From assembly GCA_963715865.1 (NCBI GenBank), contig OY970280.1:2208001-2272000 (forward strand): 64,000 nucleotides of DNA, given 5' to 3'. This document shows, piece after piece, positions 1-9,767 of the stretch. The stretch comes from Candidatus Bathyarchaeota archaeon (GTDB lineage: Archaea; Thermoproteota; Bathyarchaeia; Bathyarchaeales; Bathycorpusculaceae). Position numbers and translations under genes: made by a program. Every line of letters starts with the position of its first letter. Positions within the stretch are counted from its first letter, which is position 1. Below the pieces are notes generated by a model that was not told the origin of the DNA, searched no databases, and saw only the letters and a program-made list of their open reading frames with translations.

Positions 1-2
1 AC

Positions 3-383
3 TTGCTAGCAACTGGGCCACAGTTGATTATGAACGGTATCAACGCTTTTTCACCCAACTCACAAATCTCATGGACGCTTCAATCCTTCTCGATTTTGTT
101 GACGCTTGCAGCAACCCTTGCTTTCTCAGCTTATATGCTAAACAAGAACAGTTTGCTTTCTTTATCAGCGCTTTTTATGCTGTTGCCTAGTTTTATGCTA
201 CCTTACTTTCAGAATTGGTACTTACCTTTCATTTTTATATATGTGCTGATTCCTCAGCAGAAAAAAGAGTTAGAGGTCACTATGGTATGGTTACTCTTTA
301 TGATTGTGGTGCTCTCTTTTGGTGGGGTTTCCTTTAATCCTCTGCAGATTTTTGGCGGTCTTAAGAGTTTGCTTAACCTTTGA
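3..383 (+). CDS. C-terminal part of a multi-pass membrane protein (truncated by window start)
   Basis: Open frame from the window edge with several hydrophobic helices; no diagnostic motif seen. Confidence 0.55.
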   Translation: MLATGPQLIMNGINAFSPNSQISWTLQSFSILLTLAATLAFSAYMLNKNSLLSLSALFMLLPSFMLPYFQNWYLPFIFIYVLIPQQKKELEVTMVWLLFMIVVLSFGGVSFNPLQIFGGLKSLLNL

Positions 384-472
384 TGTAAATATACGATTTG
401 ACTGGGCAGGCGTACATAGATAAATTTAGGAAGAGTAATCATTATATTCACTAGCAAAAGGGGTAAGGGAAC

Positions 473-1696
473 ATGGAGGCTTCTCGAGACTTTGTTTATC
501 AAAAATTCTGTGAATACTATCGAGATCCTTCTACGGTGATTCCTGCACCGGTTTTGCTTGGCCAAAGAGAATTCGCCTATCTACTCTTCAAGGAACGGTT
601 TATGGTTAGGCACAGAAGGTTTGACGGAATCAACAACCTAAAGTTAGTGCTTAGCGAAACTGTTCCGTCGGATGTTTATCATTCTTGCGCTTACTATGAA
701 AACCCAGACTTTGACATGGACAAAAAAGGTTGGTTAGGCGCTGACTTAGTCTTCGATATAGACGCTGACCACATTCCAACATCTTGCAATAAAATCCACG
801 ATGAATTCACATGCAGCAAATGCGGGTTTAGCGGTAGGGGAATAACTCCAGAAACTTGCCCTGCCTGCGAAGGAACAAAATTTGAAACCAAAACTTGGTC
901 TTGCGAGCTTTGCATAAAATCCGCTCGAGAAGAGACCGCCAAGCTGATTGACATGTTGGAGAATGATTTAGGTTTTTCTTTAGATGAGTTGCATGTGTTT
1001 TTTTCTGGTCACCGAGGATACCACGTACATGTCGAGAACGAAGCCGTACGGTCATTAGATGCTATGGCAAGGAAGGAAATCGTTGATTACGTTACCGGAT
1101 TAGGCTTAGCCATATTGGATAAAGATGCTAAAGAGAAACGTGGAAAGCATGCCGCTAAAAAATTTAGCTTGCACAATTTTGGCTGGAATAAGCGATTAAA
1201 ATTGGGAATGCAAAATTTTCTCCTCACTGCAACCAAGGAAGATTTTAAAAACATTGGTTTAAAGAATAATGTACTCTTGAAAAACAAGGAAGCTATCATT
1301 AAACGTTGCATAAATGATGGTCGATGGGAGAGCATTAACGGGGTCAGCGTTCAAACATGGCTAAAACTGGCTGAGCATGTGAGGGATTTGCAGTCGGCAA
1401 AGATCGATACGGTTGTCACTACTGATGTTCACCGTTTAATCAGGATGAACGGTACCTTGCATGGCAAAACAGGATTAAAAAAAATCGAGTTTCCAGCTAA
1501 AAACCTGCAGGATTTTGATCCGTTTACTGAAGCGGTAGCTTTTAAAAAGGGAGAGGTTAAAGTGTTGGTCTCTAATGTGCCAGAGTTTAGGTTGGGTGGA
1601 GAAACTTTGGGTCCATACAAGAATGAAACGAAAGAGTTGCCTGTCGCAGCGGCAGTGATGCTTATCTGCAAGGGAAGGGCTAAGGTGGCAAACTAA
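473..1696 (+). CDS. priS: DNA primase small (catalytic) subunit PriS
   Basis: LVFDIDAD catalytic DxD, FSGHRGYHVH, and IDTVVTTDVHRLIRMNGTLHGKTG motifs. Confidence 0.95.
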   Translation: MEASRDFVYQKFCEYYRDPSTVIPAPVLLGQREFAYLLFKERFMVRHRRFDGINNLKLVLSETVPSDVYHSCAYYENPDFDMDKKGWLGADLVFDIDADHIPTSCNKIHDEFTCSKCGFSGRGITPETCPACEGTKFETKTWSCELCIKSAREETAKLIDMLENDLGFSLDELHVFFSGHRGYHVHVENEAVRSLDAMARKEIVDYVTGLGLAILDKDAKEKRGKHAAKKFSLHNFGWNKRLKLGMQNFLLTATKEDFKNIGLKNNVLLKNKEAIIKRCINDGRWESINGVSVQTWLKLAEHVRDLQSAKIDTVVTTDVHRLIRMNGTLHGKTGLKKIEFPAKNLQDFDPFTEAVAFKKGEVKVLVSNVPEFRLGGETLGPYKNETKELPVAAAVMLICKGRAKVAN

Positions 1697-2245
1697 ATGT
1701 ACAATGAACTTTATGCAGCATGGCTAAGAGAAATTGAAGAAGCTTCGCTTGGGGGTTTACCGCCTGACTTCTACGCTAGAATAGCAGATTACCTGAGGCG
1801 TATAAGAGAAGAGAACAGGATGCTTGATAAAAAATCCGTCAAAGTAAACCTGCTAGACCGTGAAGCGCAGAACGTGAAGCGGATGCTTGAGGAACTGCTT
1901 TGGGCAAGATACAAAAAATTAGTCAAAACAATCACCCAAAGCCAAAAGTTGCCGTCTGAATTGTTAACGATTGAAGAAGCTAAGACATGTGAGAGTTTTG
2001 TCGTTTTCACGGACGCATACCAAAAATTCGCTAAAGACCTCATGCAAGGTCAAACTGCTAAAGTGGATACCGAAGTTAGTAATAAACGAATGACCTTAAG
2101 ATTCACAAAAACTATTCCAGCCATTATCGGCGCAGACATGAAGACTTATGGGCCCTTTATGGTTGAGGATGTTGCTTCTTTGCCTGTTGAGAACGCTAAA
2201 ATTTTGGTTAAACAGGGCTTAGCTGTGTTGGTTGAGGTTTCCTAG
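1697..2245 (+). CDS. gins15: GINS complex subunit Gins15 (Gins51)
   Basis: Abuts priS; helical A domain followed by C-terminal B domain (YGPFMVEDVASLPVENAKILVKQG). Confidence 0.85.
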   Translation: MYNELYAAWLREIEEASLGGLPPDFYARIADYLRRIREENRMLDKKSVKVNLLDREAQNVKRMLEELLWARYKKLVKTITQSQKLPSELLTIEEAKTCESFVVFTDAYQKFAKDLMQGQTAKVDTEVSNKRMTLRFTKTIPAIIGADMKTYGPFMVEDVASLPVENAKILVKQGLAVLVEVS

Positions 2246-3307
2246 GTTTTCTGCGGTTAGAGCTGATTTTCCACTTTTAATTTTTCTCCACAAACCTTGG
2301 CTTGCAAGAATAATCAGTGGATAAGAAACAATCCATGCAATCGAGTATAATGGGCCATAGTAGAAGTGGAACATTTGCACTTGATTTGAGTTAACGCCAA
2401 ACTCCATGCCAATAGTGAAGATTGTGGCTATTCGCAGGACATTTATGAAGTAGGTGACGGCTACGCCGACGATGAAGTATCCTGTTTTGGCTTTCCAAGA
2501 GATTGACATCTGCTGCAAAAAAAGCAAAGCAACAGCCGTGAAAATTAGGAGGCTTTCAATGCCTGCACAAGGCCAAGCTATCGAGAATTTAGCTGTTCCC
2601 AAAGGTCCTGTAGCTTGCATGGTTGGCATTCCGTTTTCTGTTCCAAGCAAAGTCGTGTATCCCATGAAGCCAAGGACACCAGCGGCGAGCATGGCGGTTG
2701 TCGGAACCAATAGTTGGAACGGTGTAAATTCCCCATAAGGAAAAACGTTATCGATAGTGTATAGAACTCCAACTAACCCGACAAACAAAGCTGGTAAAGC
2801 AAAACCAGCTAAACCTTTTTTCCCAAAATAAAGAAAAACGGTAAAGCAAAAGAGAACAGAGAAAACAAGGTACTCAATTGCAAGCGGCATTGAACCGGAA
2901 AAAGCAACACCGCTTTGCAGGGCCGAGTTTGCAATGGCACCGTTTAACCCAAAATAATTCTCAAAAACCACGTACATTGTAGGAAGCAACAAGGCTATGG
3001 CGACAGCGAGTAGCCTTGCCTTATTCTGCTTGCTTATTTTTGGCTTGATGGTTTCCCAGCTGAGGATAAACTCCAGCGCTATTAACCAAATGAAGAACAA
3101 TTGGAAGGTTCTGCCCTTCCACATTAACTCAAACGAATCTCGAGCACTAAGGTTTAGGTATGGATCCAGCGGATTCAACACATATAGCAGAGCTAACGGA
3201 GCTATGAACGCAAATAGCGGCAGTAGTTTAATCACGGTATCTGAGTGGCTCTTAATTTTTGGAAGAATATTTAACATGAATGAATTCATACCCGAAGACT
3301 GATACAA
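2219..3307 (-). CDS. Exosortase/archaeosortase family transpeptidase
   Basis: Multi-TM protein with Cys (WPCAGIESL), Arg (INVLRIATI) and His (MFHFYYG) triad motifs. Confidence 0.8.
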   Translation of the reverse strand: MYQSSGMNSFMLNILPKIKSHSDTVIKLLPLFAFIAPLALLYVLNPLDPYLNLSARDSFELMWKGRTFQLFFIWLIALEFILSWETIKPKISKQNKARLLAVAIALLLPTMYVVFENYFGLNGAIANSALQSGVAFSGSMPLAIEYLVFSVLFCFTVFLYFGKKGLAGFALPALFVGLVGVLYTIDNVFPYGEFTPFQLLVPTTAMLAAGVLGFMGYTTLLGTENGMPTMQATGPLGTAKFSIAWPCAGIESLLIFTAVALLFLQQMSISWKAKTGYFIVGVAVTYFINVLRIATIFTIGMEFGVNSNQVQMFHFYYGPLYSIAWIVSYPLIILASQGLWRKIKSGKSALTAENLGNLNQHS

Positions 3308-3574
3308 TGTAACGGTATCTTCAATTTAAAAAAGGATGCGTCTTTACACCAGTACTCCTATTGCCAGAATTAAGAACAGAATAAGCTACAAACGCTTCCG
3401 TTTTCTTAAGTAGAAACTTGAAGACATAGAGAGCACTAGGCGTCTTATTGATTGCTTTAAATAAGGGGCTGTAGAATTTTCCGCCGCTAGTTCAATTGGC
3501 TGGAAGTCCCAAGTTTTTGGCAGATAGGTGAAAAAGTATAAGAATGCGTATGTTTCTTTTATGCAAAGCTGGTA

Positions 3575-3859
3575 GTGAGTAACGTGAACGTTCCTAAAGA
3601 AGTTAAAACTTATTGCCCAAAATGTAAAACTCATCAAATTCACAGTGTAACCCTCTACAAGGCTGGAAAGCGAAGAGCCTTAGCTCATGGCGAACGCCAC
3701 CACGAAAGAGAAAAGAAGGGTTACGGTGGACAAAAATATCCACTTCAAAGAGAATTCGCAAAAACAACCAAAAAACAAACCCTGCGCCTTAAATGCAAAG
3801 TTTGCAATTATATGAGGCACAAAGACGGCATTCGCCTCAGAAAACTAGTTATACAATAA
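3575..3859 (+). CDS. rpl44e: 50S ribosomal protein L44e
   Basis: PKEVKTYCPKC...HEREKKGYGGQKYP...LRLKCKVC zinc-ribbon signature. Confidence 0.95.
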   Translation: MSNVNVPKEVKTYCPKCKTHQIHSVTLYKAGKRRALAHGERHHEREKKGYGGQKYPLQREFAKTTKKQTLRLKCKVCNYMRHKDGIRLRKLVIQ

Positions 3860-3876
3860 TAATGGAGAAAAAAGTC

Positions 3877-4074
3877 ATGTCTGAATGGAGCAAACTTATA
3901 CCAAAACCAAGAAGCGTCTTCCTCAGAGTCAAATGCACAAAATGCGGCAACGAACAATTACTCTTCAGCAATGCTGTTAACAAGATAACCTGCAACGTAT
4001 GTGGAGAAACATTAGCTGAGCCATCTGGCGGAAGAGCAAAAATCAAAGGCGAAGTACAAGCCGTTCTTGAATAA
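3877..4074 (+). CDS. rps27e: 30S ribosomal protein S27e (start probably ATG 3877; alternative 3862)
   Basis: PKPRSVFLRVKCTKCGNEQLLF...CNVCGETLAEPSGGRAKI. Confidence 0.93.
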   Translation: MSEWSKLIPKPRSVFLRVKCTKCGNEQLLFSNAVNKITCNVCGETLAEPSGGRAKIKGEVQAVLE

Positions 4075-4088
4075 GGGATGAACCTTGA

Positions 4089-4874
4089 ATGGAGGAGCGT
4101 AAGCCCGAATGGCCAGAAGCTGGCGACCTAGTAATCGCTACGATAGAAACCGTCACGGATTATGGTGCTTACGCTAAACTTGACGAATACGACAAAAGAG
4201 GATTACTTCACGTCTCAGAGATTTCATCATCCTGGATAAGAAACATCCGCGACTTCGTCCGTGAAGGACAAAAAATGGTTCTAAAAGTTCTAAGAGTAGA
4301 CTTAGAAAAAGGGCACATCGACCTATCCTTAAGACGAGTTACTAAAAGGGAAAGAATAGAAAAAGTACTCTCATGGAAAAAAGAAAGAAAAGCCGAAGCA
4401 TTACTTCGTGAAGTCGCAGAAAAAGTCGGCTTAACCGACGATGAAGTTTACGAAAAAGCAGGCGCAATAATAGAAGAAAAATTCGGTTTATACGAAGGCT
4501 TCGAAAAAGCAGTAATCGAAGGACCAGAAGAACTAGTGAAAATAGGCGTACCAGAAAACCTCGCCAAAGTCTTCGCTGAAGTAGCAAAAGAACGCATCCA
4601 CGTAAAAATGGTAAAAGTAAAAGGCGTCCTCGAAATCCGCTGCATGAAACCCAATGGAGTAAAAATAATCAAAGAAGCCTTCCAAGCAGCCAAAGCTGAG
4701 AAAACAAAAGATGCAGACATAAAATTCTACGTTATCGCGGCACCAAAATACAGCATCGAAGCATTAGCTGAAAACTACAAGCGAGCCGAAGATATCCTGC
4801 AAAAAACAGCACAAAGTGTCATCTCAAACATCACAAAAGCAGGCGGGCAAGGCACTTTTAGAAGGGAAAAATAG
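4089..4874 (+). CDS. eif2a: Translation initiation factor 2 alpha subunit
   Basis: N-terminal S1 domain with GLLHVSEISSSWIRNIRD and KGHIDLSLRRV. Confidence 0.95.
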   Translation: MEERKPEWPEAGDLVIATIETVTDYGAYAKLDEYDKRGLLHVSEISSSWIRNIRDFVREGQKMVLKVLRVDLEKGHIDLSLRRVTKRERIEKVLSWKKERKAEALLREVAEKVGLTDDEVYEKAGAIIEEKFGLYEGFEKAVIEGPEELVKIGVPENLAKVFAEVAKERIHVKMVKVKGVLEIRCMKPNGVKIIKEAFQAAKAEKTKDADIKFYVIAAPKYSIEALAENYKRAEDILQKTAQSVISNITKAGGQGTFRREK

Positions 4875-5045
4875 TTGGTTTGGCAATTACGCAAATGCGT
4901 AAACTGCGAAAAATACACACTAAATAAAAACAGTTGCCCTTACTGTGGTGGGCCAGTCAGAATTCCGCATCCACCCAAATTCTCCCCAGACGATAAATAC
5001 CTAAAATACCGAATGGCAATGAAAAGGAGTAGCACAACACAATGA
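4875..5045 (+). CDS. nop10: H/ACA RNP protein Nop10 (56 aa, TTG start; not in ORF track)
   Basis: Hand translation MVWQLRKCVNCEKYTLNKNSCPYCGGPVRIPHPPKFSPDDKYLKYRMAMKRSSTTQ; CxxC..YTL..CPxCG..HPPKFSPDDKY motif; usual position after aIF2-alpha. Confidence 0.93.
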   Translation: MVWQLRKCVNCEKYTLNKNSCPYCGGPVRIPHPPKFSPDDKYLKYRMAMKRSSTTQ

Positions 5046-5815
5046 AAGAAACCTACATCAAAGAATTCTTACAAATCGAACCAAACAATCCCATTCTCAT
5101 CGAAGGCCTTCCAGGTTTAGGACTTGTAGGCAAAATCGCCCTTCGCTACATGATCAAACAGTTAAAAGCCAAAAAAATTGCTTATCTCTACTCACCTCAC
5201 TTTCCATACTTTGTCCTAGTCAACAAAAAAGGCAACGTTCGCCTCTTAAGAGGCGCATTCTACTACTACAAAAACCCAAACGGACCAAACGACATAATCC
5301 TATTCACTGGCGATAGCCAATCCCAAACAATCGAAGGCCAATACGAAATCGCTGATCAAATTCTTGCCTTCTCAGAAAAATACAACATAAAAACAATAGC
5401 AACAATCGGCGGCTACCGAATGGAACCAAAAGAAAAACCCAAAGTCTTCATAGCAGCAACCTCGCAGGAAATCCTAGACAAAGCACTACAAGCAGGCGCA
5501 ACCCTGAGCACTTCAGGAAGCCCCATTGTTGGAACTGCAGGATTAATACTTGGTCTAGCAAGATTCAAAAAAATCAATGCACTCTGCCTGCTTGGCGAAA
5601 CACGCGGTTACCTGCCTGATCCTCTTGCGGCAAAAAGCGTTTTAGAAGTTTTAAAATCAACCTTCAACTTCGACTTAGACTTAACGGGAATGAACGAGGA
5701 AATTGCCCGAGCAGAAACAATGGTGACTCGCCTGCAGCAAATTGAAGAAAAACGAGCCTTGCAAGCTGAACAAACACGAAAAGAAGAAGATAAAAAGACC
5801 ACTTACATATCTTAA
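5042..5815 (+). CDS. Proteasome assembly chaperone (PAC2 family)
   Basis: LIEGLPGLGLVGKI, ATIGGY, GETRGYLPDPLAAK motifs; conserved location after nop10. Confidence 0.88.
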   Translation: MKETYIKEFLQIEPNNPILIEGLPGLGLVGKIALRYMIKQLKAKKIAYLYSPHFPYFVLVNKKGNVRLLRGAFYYYKNPNGPNDIILFTGDSQSQTIEGQYEIADQILAFSEKYNIKTIATIGGYRMEPKEKPKVFIAATSQEILDKALQAGATLSTSGSPIVGTAGLILGLARFKKINALCLLGETRGYLPDPLAAKSVLEVLKSTFNFDLDLTGMNEEIARAETMVTRLQQIEEKRALQAEQTRKEEDKKTTYIS

Positions 5816-6903
5816 GCAAAGTTTTTCTTTAATATATCAACAGTTTTTTGGGCTGCTGTGCCATCGCCGAAAGGTGACGCACAGGGCAACTCAACTTCCT
5901 TTTTAACCGTTTCTTCCATGGCTGCCAAAATATTTTTCTTGTCAGTTCCAACTACCTTGGCGAATCCTGCTTCCACTGCTTCCTGCCTCTCAGTTGACAA
6001 ACGGATTACCAACACTGGTTTTCTTATGCTTGGAGTAGTGGCTTCCTCTTGAATACCACCTGAATCAGTAATTATCAGTTTACAATTTTTCATTAAAATC
6101 AAAAAGTCCAAGTATCCCAAGGGTGGAAGAATCAACACATGCCTTAATGCTTCCATTTGAGCAAGCATCTTATTTTCCTGCAGTCTCTTTTTTGTTCGCG
6201 GGTGCATCGGATAAACGATTGGAATTGGGGATTCTGAGAAAACATCCATAAAAGACTCAAGAACCGACACGTCATCAACGTTTTCCGCCCTGTGAGCCGT
6301 TACTAAAGCGAAAGTGTCGAAAGGAATTTTTTCCATTATAGCTGATTTTTTTTCGGCAATTGGCAAGTGCTGAATTACAGCGTCTATAGCCGTGTTTCCT
6401 GTCAGGTAGATTTTGCCCCAAACATTCTCTTTCAAAAGATTTGCTTTCGCTCTCTCTGTTGGTGCGAACAAGTATTCAGATATGTGGTCAGTTAAACGTC
6501 GGTTATGTTCTTCAGGCATGCGAAGATCAAAACTTCGCAGACCTGCTTCCACGTGCCCGATAGGAATCACCCGCTTATTAGCTGCTAAAGCTGCTGCCAA
6601 AACACTGTTTGTGTCACCTTCAACCAAAACAATTGAAGGCTCAATCTTCTCCAGCAACTTGTCCATTTGCGTCATTATTTCTGCTGTTTGTGCTCCAGGT
6701 GAAGAGGTTTCAATTTTGAAAGAGTAGTCTGGTGTTGGCAGCTCGAGGTTTTCGATGAATTGCTGAGCCATGTTGTAATCGTAGTGTTGGCCGCAATGGA
6801 CAAATGCTGATGGGATTTTGGTTTTGTTTAAGGCTCTGATTATTGGAGCCATTTTGATTATTTCAGGTCTGGTTCCTGCAACAACTACTACAGGCTTCAT
6901 CAA
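5812..6903 (-). CDS. wecB: UDP-N-acetylglucosamine 2-epimerase (non-hydrolysing)
   Basis: GTRPEIIKMAP, GQHYD, GDTNS, HVEAGLRS, TDSGGIQEEA motifs. Confidence 0.95.
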   Translation of the reverse strand: MMKPVVVVAGTRPEIIKMAPIIRALNKTKIPSAFVHCGQHYDYNMAQQFIENLELPTPDYSFKIETSSPGAQTAEIMTQMDKLLEKIEPSIVLVEGDTNSVLAAALAANKRVIPIGHVEAGLRSFDLRMPEEHNRRLTDHISEYLFAPTERAKANLLKENVWGKIYLTGNTAIDAVIQHLPIAEKKSAIMEKIPFDTFALVTAHRAENVDDVSVLESFMDVFSESPIPIVYPMHPRTKKRLQENKMLAQMEALRHVLILPPLGYLDFLILMKNCKLIITDSGGIQEEATTPSIRKPVLVIRLSTERQEAVEAGFAKVVGTDKKNILAAMEETVKKEVELPCASPFGDGTAAQKTVDILKKNFA

Positions 6904-6921
6904 GCTTTGTCTCGTTTTTGT

Positions 6922-8976
6922 TTAGGTTTTCTTTAGGCATCCTTCTCTGGGTTCATAAATTGTGCCTTCACGTAGCAATTGGCTTATCATGCGTTCAATT
7001 TCGCCTCTCGGAATCTGATGCTTGGTTTCCAGTTCGTTGACAAGTGCGTTTTTCTCAACTATGCCTGTTACTTTCTCCATGTCCATTAGCACTGAAAGTA
7101 TAACGTGGAGTCTGTCTCGGATGCTTTTAGGTCTTCCAGTCATTATTAAGTCAATATCCACTTTGTATGAGGACAAGTCGATTCCAACTTCTTCCAAAGA
7201 CCTCTTCATAATGGCTATGGCTGCCTCTGCATCTTCACCTGTCACTTCCTTGCGCAATGCAACGCGTGCTCTGGCTTCTGAGATGCGGACAAGTGATTCT
7301 AGTTGGCGTGCAGTTATTGCCACTGGTGAACCTTCCGTTTCACTCGCAGAGCGCATAGCCAAGTAAAAGTCGCTTAGCCGCTTTAGTGCTTCATTGCTAA
7401 GTACTGGCTTAATCCCTCTAGCATAGCTAACATATTTCCGCAGCAATTCCGGGCCCACCTGTGCTTCTACAGGGCTTGCTCCTCTTCTGTGAATTTCCAA
7501 GATGTGGTGAGACATTTTTCCATCTGCTTCTTTATCGGGCACATCTCGTAGCACGAAAATCAAGTCAAAACGTGACAAGATAGTGACTGGCAGTGAAATG
7601 TTTTCGGCAACTGTCCTGTTGGGTTCGTATCTACCTAAGGATGGGTTAGCTGCTGCAAGTATTGCAGTTCTAGCGTTTAATGTGGCGACAATACCTCCTT
7701 TTGCAACTGAAACCGTGTGCTGTTCCATGGCTTCGTGTATTGCGACTCGGTCTTCTGGCCGCATTTTGTCCATTTCGTCGATGCACGCGATTCCTTTGTC
7801 AGCTAGGACGAGCGCGCCTGCTTCAAGGGTCATGCTTCCGCCTTTTTCTCTTACTACTGCAGCGGTTAAGCCAGCGGCGGTTGTTCCTCTTCCAGAAGTG
7901 TAGAGTCCCCTTGGCGCTATTCTGGCAACGTACTGGAGCAGCTGCGATTTTGCAGTTCCAGGGTCCCCAATCAGTAAAGCATTCATTTCTCCTCTAATGT
8001 TTATGTCTGGGAGGCTTTTTGATACTCCGCCGAAGAGCAAATACATTATTGCTTCTTTTATGTGCTCGTAGCCGAAGATTGATGGCGCTATTGACTGTAT
8101 GATTTTCCTGTGTACCCATGGGTCTTGTGAGAGTGCGTGGATTTTTTCTTCTTCTTCAGGTGTGGGCGGTGATGTTTCTGGTTCTTTACCAAGCACTTCT
8201 ACTGAGTTAGCATCAAGTTGAAGGATGAATGTTCTGAGTTTTCCCATTCCCATCAGTGAAGGCGCAAAAGCGCGAACGATGCCAACTATGGAAATGTGGT
8301 CTCCTGGTCTTGCAACATCAACTATGTCGTCTCCGACAAGTTTGACGCTTAATGTCCGTGGTAATTGCCCTGGAGGTAAATCTTCAGGCTTTTCCTGTAG
8401 CCGAAGGTCTTGTGAGTCTATGAATGTTGATTCTTCTTGGACAAATTCGAATGGCCCATCTCTTCCACAGTCAGGAGCTTGGCATATGGCTGGTGCTTTT
8501 AGGAATTGTCCTGTTTGTTCAACTTGGTTCATGGTCCCGCAGCGTTTGCATTTGAAGGCTGCTTGCAGGACCATCGGTCGAACTGATGTGGCTCTGACAA
8601 TTATGCCTTCAACCATGACTAGTTTTGCCATTTGTCTTGAGCCGAGTTTTCTTAGTTGTTCTTTGCCGAGGAGCTGTACGATTCTGACATTGACTTTTTC
8701 TATTTTTTCCGCGTATTCTGAGTCCTCAATGCGGAGTTGTTCGTATGCTCCTTTGCCTGCATGCTGCAAGTATTCTTCTGGCTTGTTGAGTAATAGTTCA
8801 GCGAGTGCTTGGTCGAATCCGTAAAGTTCCTCAAAATCGATTGTTATTGATCCTTTTCCTGTGATGGCTAACTGAGCGATTCTTTGGCGATACTTTTCTT
8901 TCTTAAAAAACTCTTGAAAACGCTGCTGTGGATCTACTGTTTCTAGTTCGTTAGCCATCTTACTTTTCTCCTTCAT
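6922..8976 (-). CDS. mcm: Replicative helicase MCM (start may be ATG at 8958)
   Basis: Zn finger CKRC..CQAPDC, Walker A GDPGTAKSQ, IDEMDKM, arginine finger SRFD, C-terminal wHTH; no intein. Confidence 0.97.
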   Translation of the reverse strand: MKEKSKMANELETVDPQQRFQEFFKKEKYRQRIAQLAITGKGSITIDFEELYGFDQALAELLLNKPEEYLQHAGKGAYEQLRIEDSEYAEKIEKVNVRIVQLLGKEQLRKLGSRQMAKLVMVEGIIVRATSVRPMVLQAAFKCKRCGTMNQVEQTGQFLKAPAICQAPDCGRDGPFEFVQEESTFIDSQDLRLQEKPEDLPPGQLPRTLSVKLVGDDIVDVARPGDHISIVGIVRAFAPSLMGMGKLRTFILQLDANSVEVLGKEPETSPPTPEEEEKIHALSQDPWVHRKIIQSIAPSIFGYEHIKEAIMYLLFGGVSKSLPDINIRGEMNALLIGDPGTAKSQLLQYVARIAPRGLYTSGRGTTAAGLTAAVVREKGGSMTLEAGALVLADKGIACIDEMDKMRPEDRVAIHEAMEQHTVSVAKGGIVATLNARTAILAAANPSLGRYEPNRTVAENISLPVTILSRFDLIFVLRDVPDKEADGKMSHHILEIHRRGASPVEAQVGPELLRKYVSYARGIKPVLSNEALKRLSDFYLAMRSASETEGSPVAITARQLESLVRISEARARVALRKEVTGEDAEAAIAIMKRSLEEVGIDLSSYKVDIDLIMTGRPKSIRDRLHVILSVLMDMEKVTGIVEKNALVNELETKHQIPRGEIERMISQLLREGTIYEPREGCLKKT

Positions 8977-9565
8977 TTTCTAGGATTTTTGTTTTCCACT
9001 CGGAGATTATTTTGCCCAGTTGGTCGTAAATGAGTTTTTCTTCGTTTGTGAATTTTTTTAGAACTTGCTCGGTTTGGGTGGGAGCGGAAGATAGGGCAAC
9101 TATTTTCTTCAACCGAGAATTTACAATGTCGCGTGCTAGTTGTTTTGCTCTGTGGTATTCTTGGTATTTTTCCGATTGCTTTGAGGCTTGATCTTTCAAG
9201 TCGGAAATGAACCTGCGAAGTTTAGGGTAAAAATCGTCTGGAAGCTCAGATATTTGTCCTGGGATTTGTACGCCTTCTTTCCATTGCACCTTAAACAGTT
9301 TGGTTGCATCCAAAACATCGTCTTCTCGGAAATGAACCATTCCTGAATTCGCTAACTCTTTTGCCACCCAAAAATAAACTTCATACTCGTTTCCCTCATC
9401 AAAGGGGCCAACCGTTAATCCAGCAAGCTTGATCTCAGGGCAGTTCCTGTTAGCCACAATCTTAACCAATGAGTTTTCAAAGCAGAAATCTAAAGTGCAA
9501 ATTTTCGCTGTCAAATCCCTTTTCCCTCTCAAGCCCCGATTGTTTTCCCCTTTTGCGGGATTCAA
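8960..9565 (-). CDS. gins23: GINS complex subunit Gins23
   Basis: Immediately upstream of mcm; N-terminal B domain (GPFDEGNEYEVYFWVAKEL) followed by helical domain with ELPDDFY. Confidence 0.8.
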   Translation of the reverse strand: MNPAKGENNRGLRGKRDLTAKICTLDFCFENSLVKIVANRNCPEIKLAGLTVGPFDEGNEYEVYFWVAKELANSGMVHFREDDVLDATKLFKVQWKEGVQIPGQISELPDDFYPKLRRFISDLKDQASKQSEKYQEYHRAKQLARDIVNSRLKKIVALSSAPTQTEQVLKKFTNEEKLIYDQLGKIISEWKTKILENEGEK

Positions 9566-9767
9566 CAGATAATAACAAGAACAGTTTTAAGCGTTTGCAC
9601 TAGAAAAAACAATCCTAAAGACTGCTTACACCTCTAGCGCTCAAATAAGACTATATCCCCCTTTATGTAATCTCGATGCTTGTTGATTTTTCTTAATTAC
9701 ATGTTATTACGTGGGAGAGTTAAGATTGAAAAAATTGTTCTGTGAGGGAACATGGAAGTTTTTGTGT

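Noticed and set aside
8225-8824. 199-aa + strand ORF and many similar 60-200 aa ORFs across the window
   Set aside because: They lie antisense to or overlap well-supported genes (here mcm) and have no family motifs
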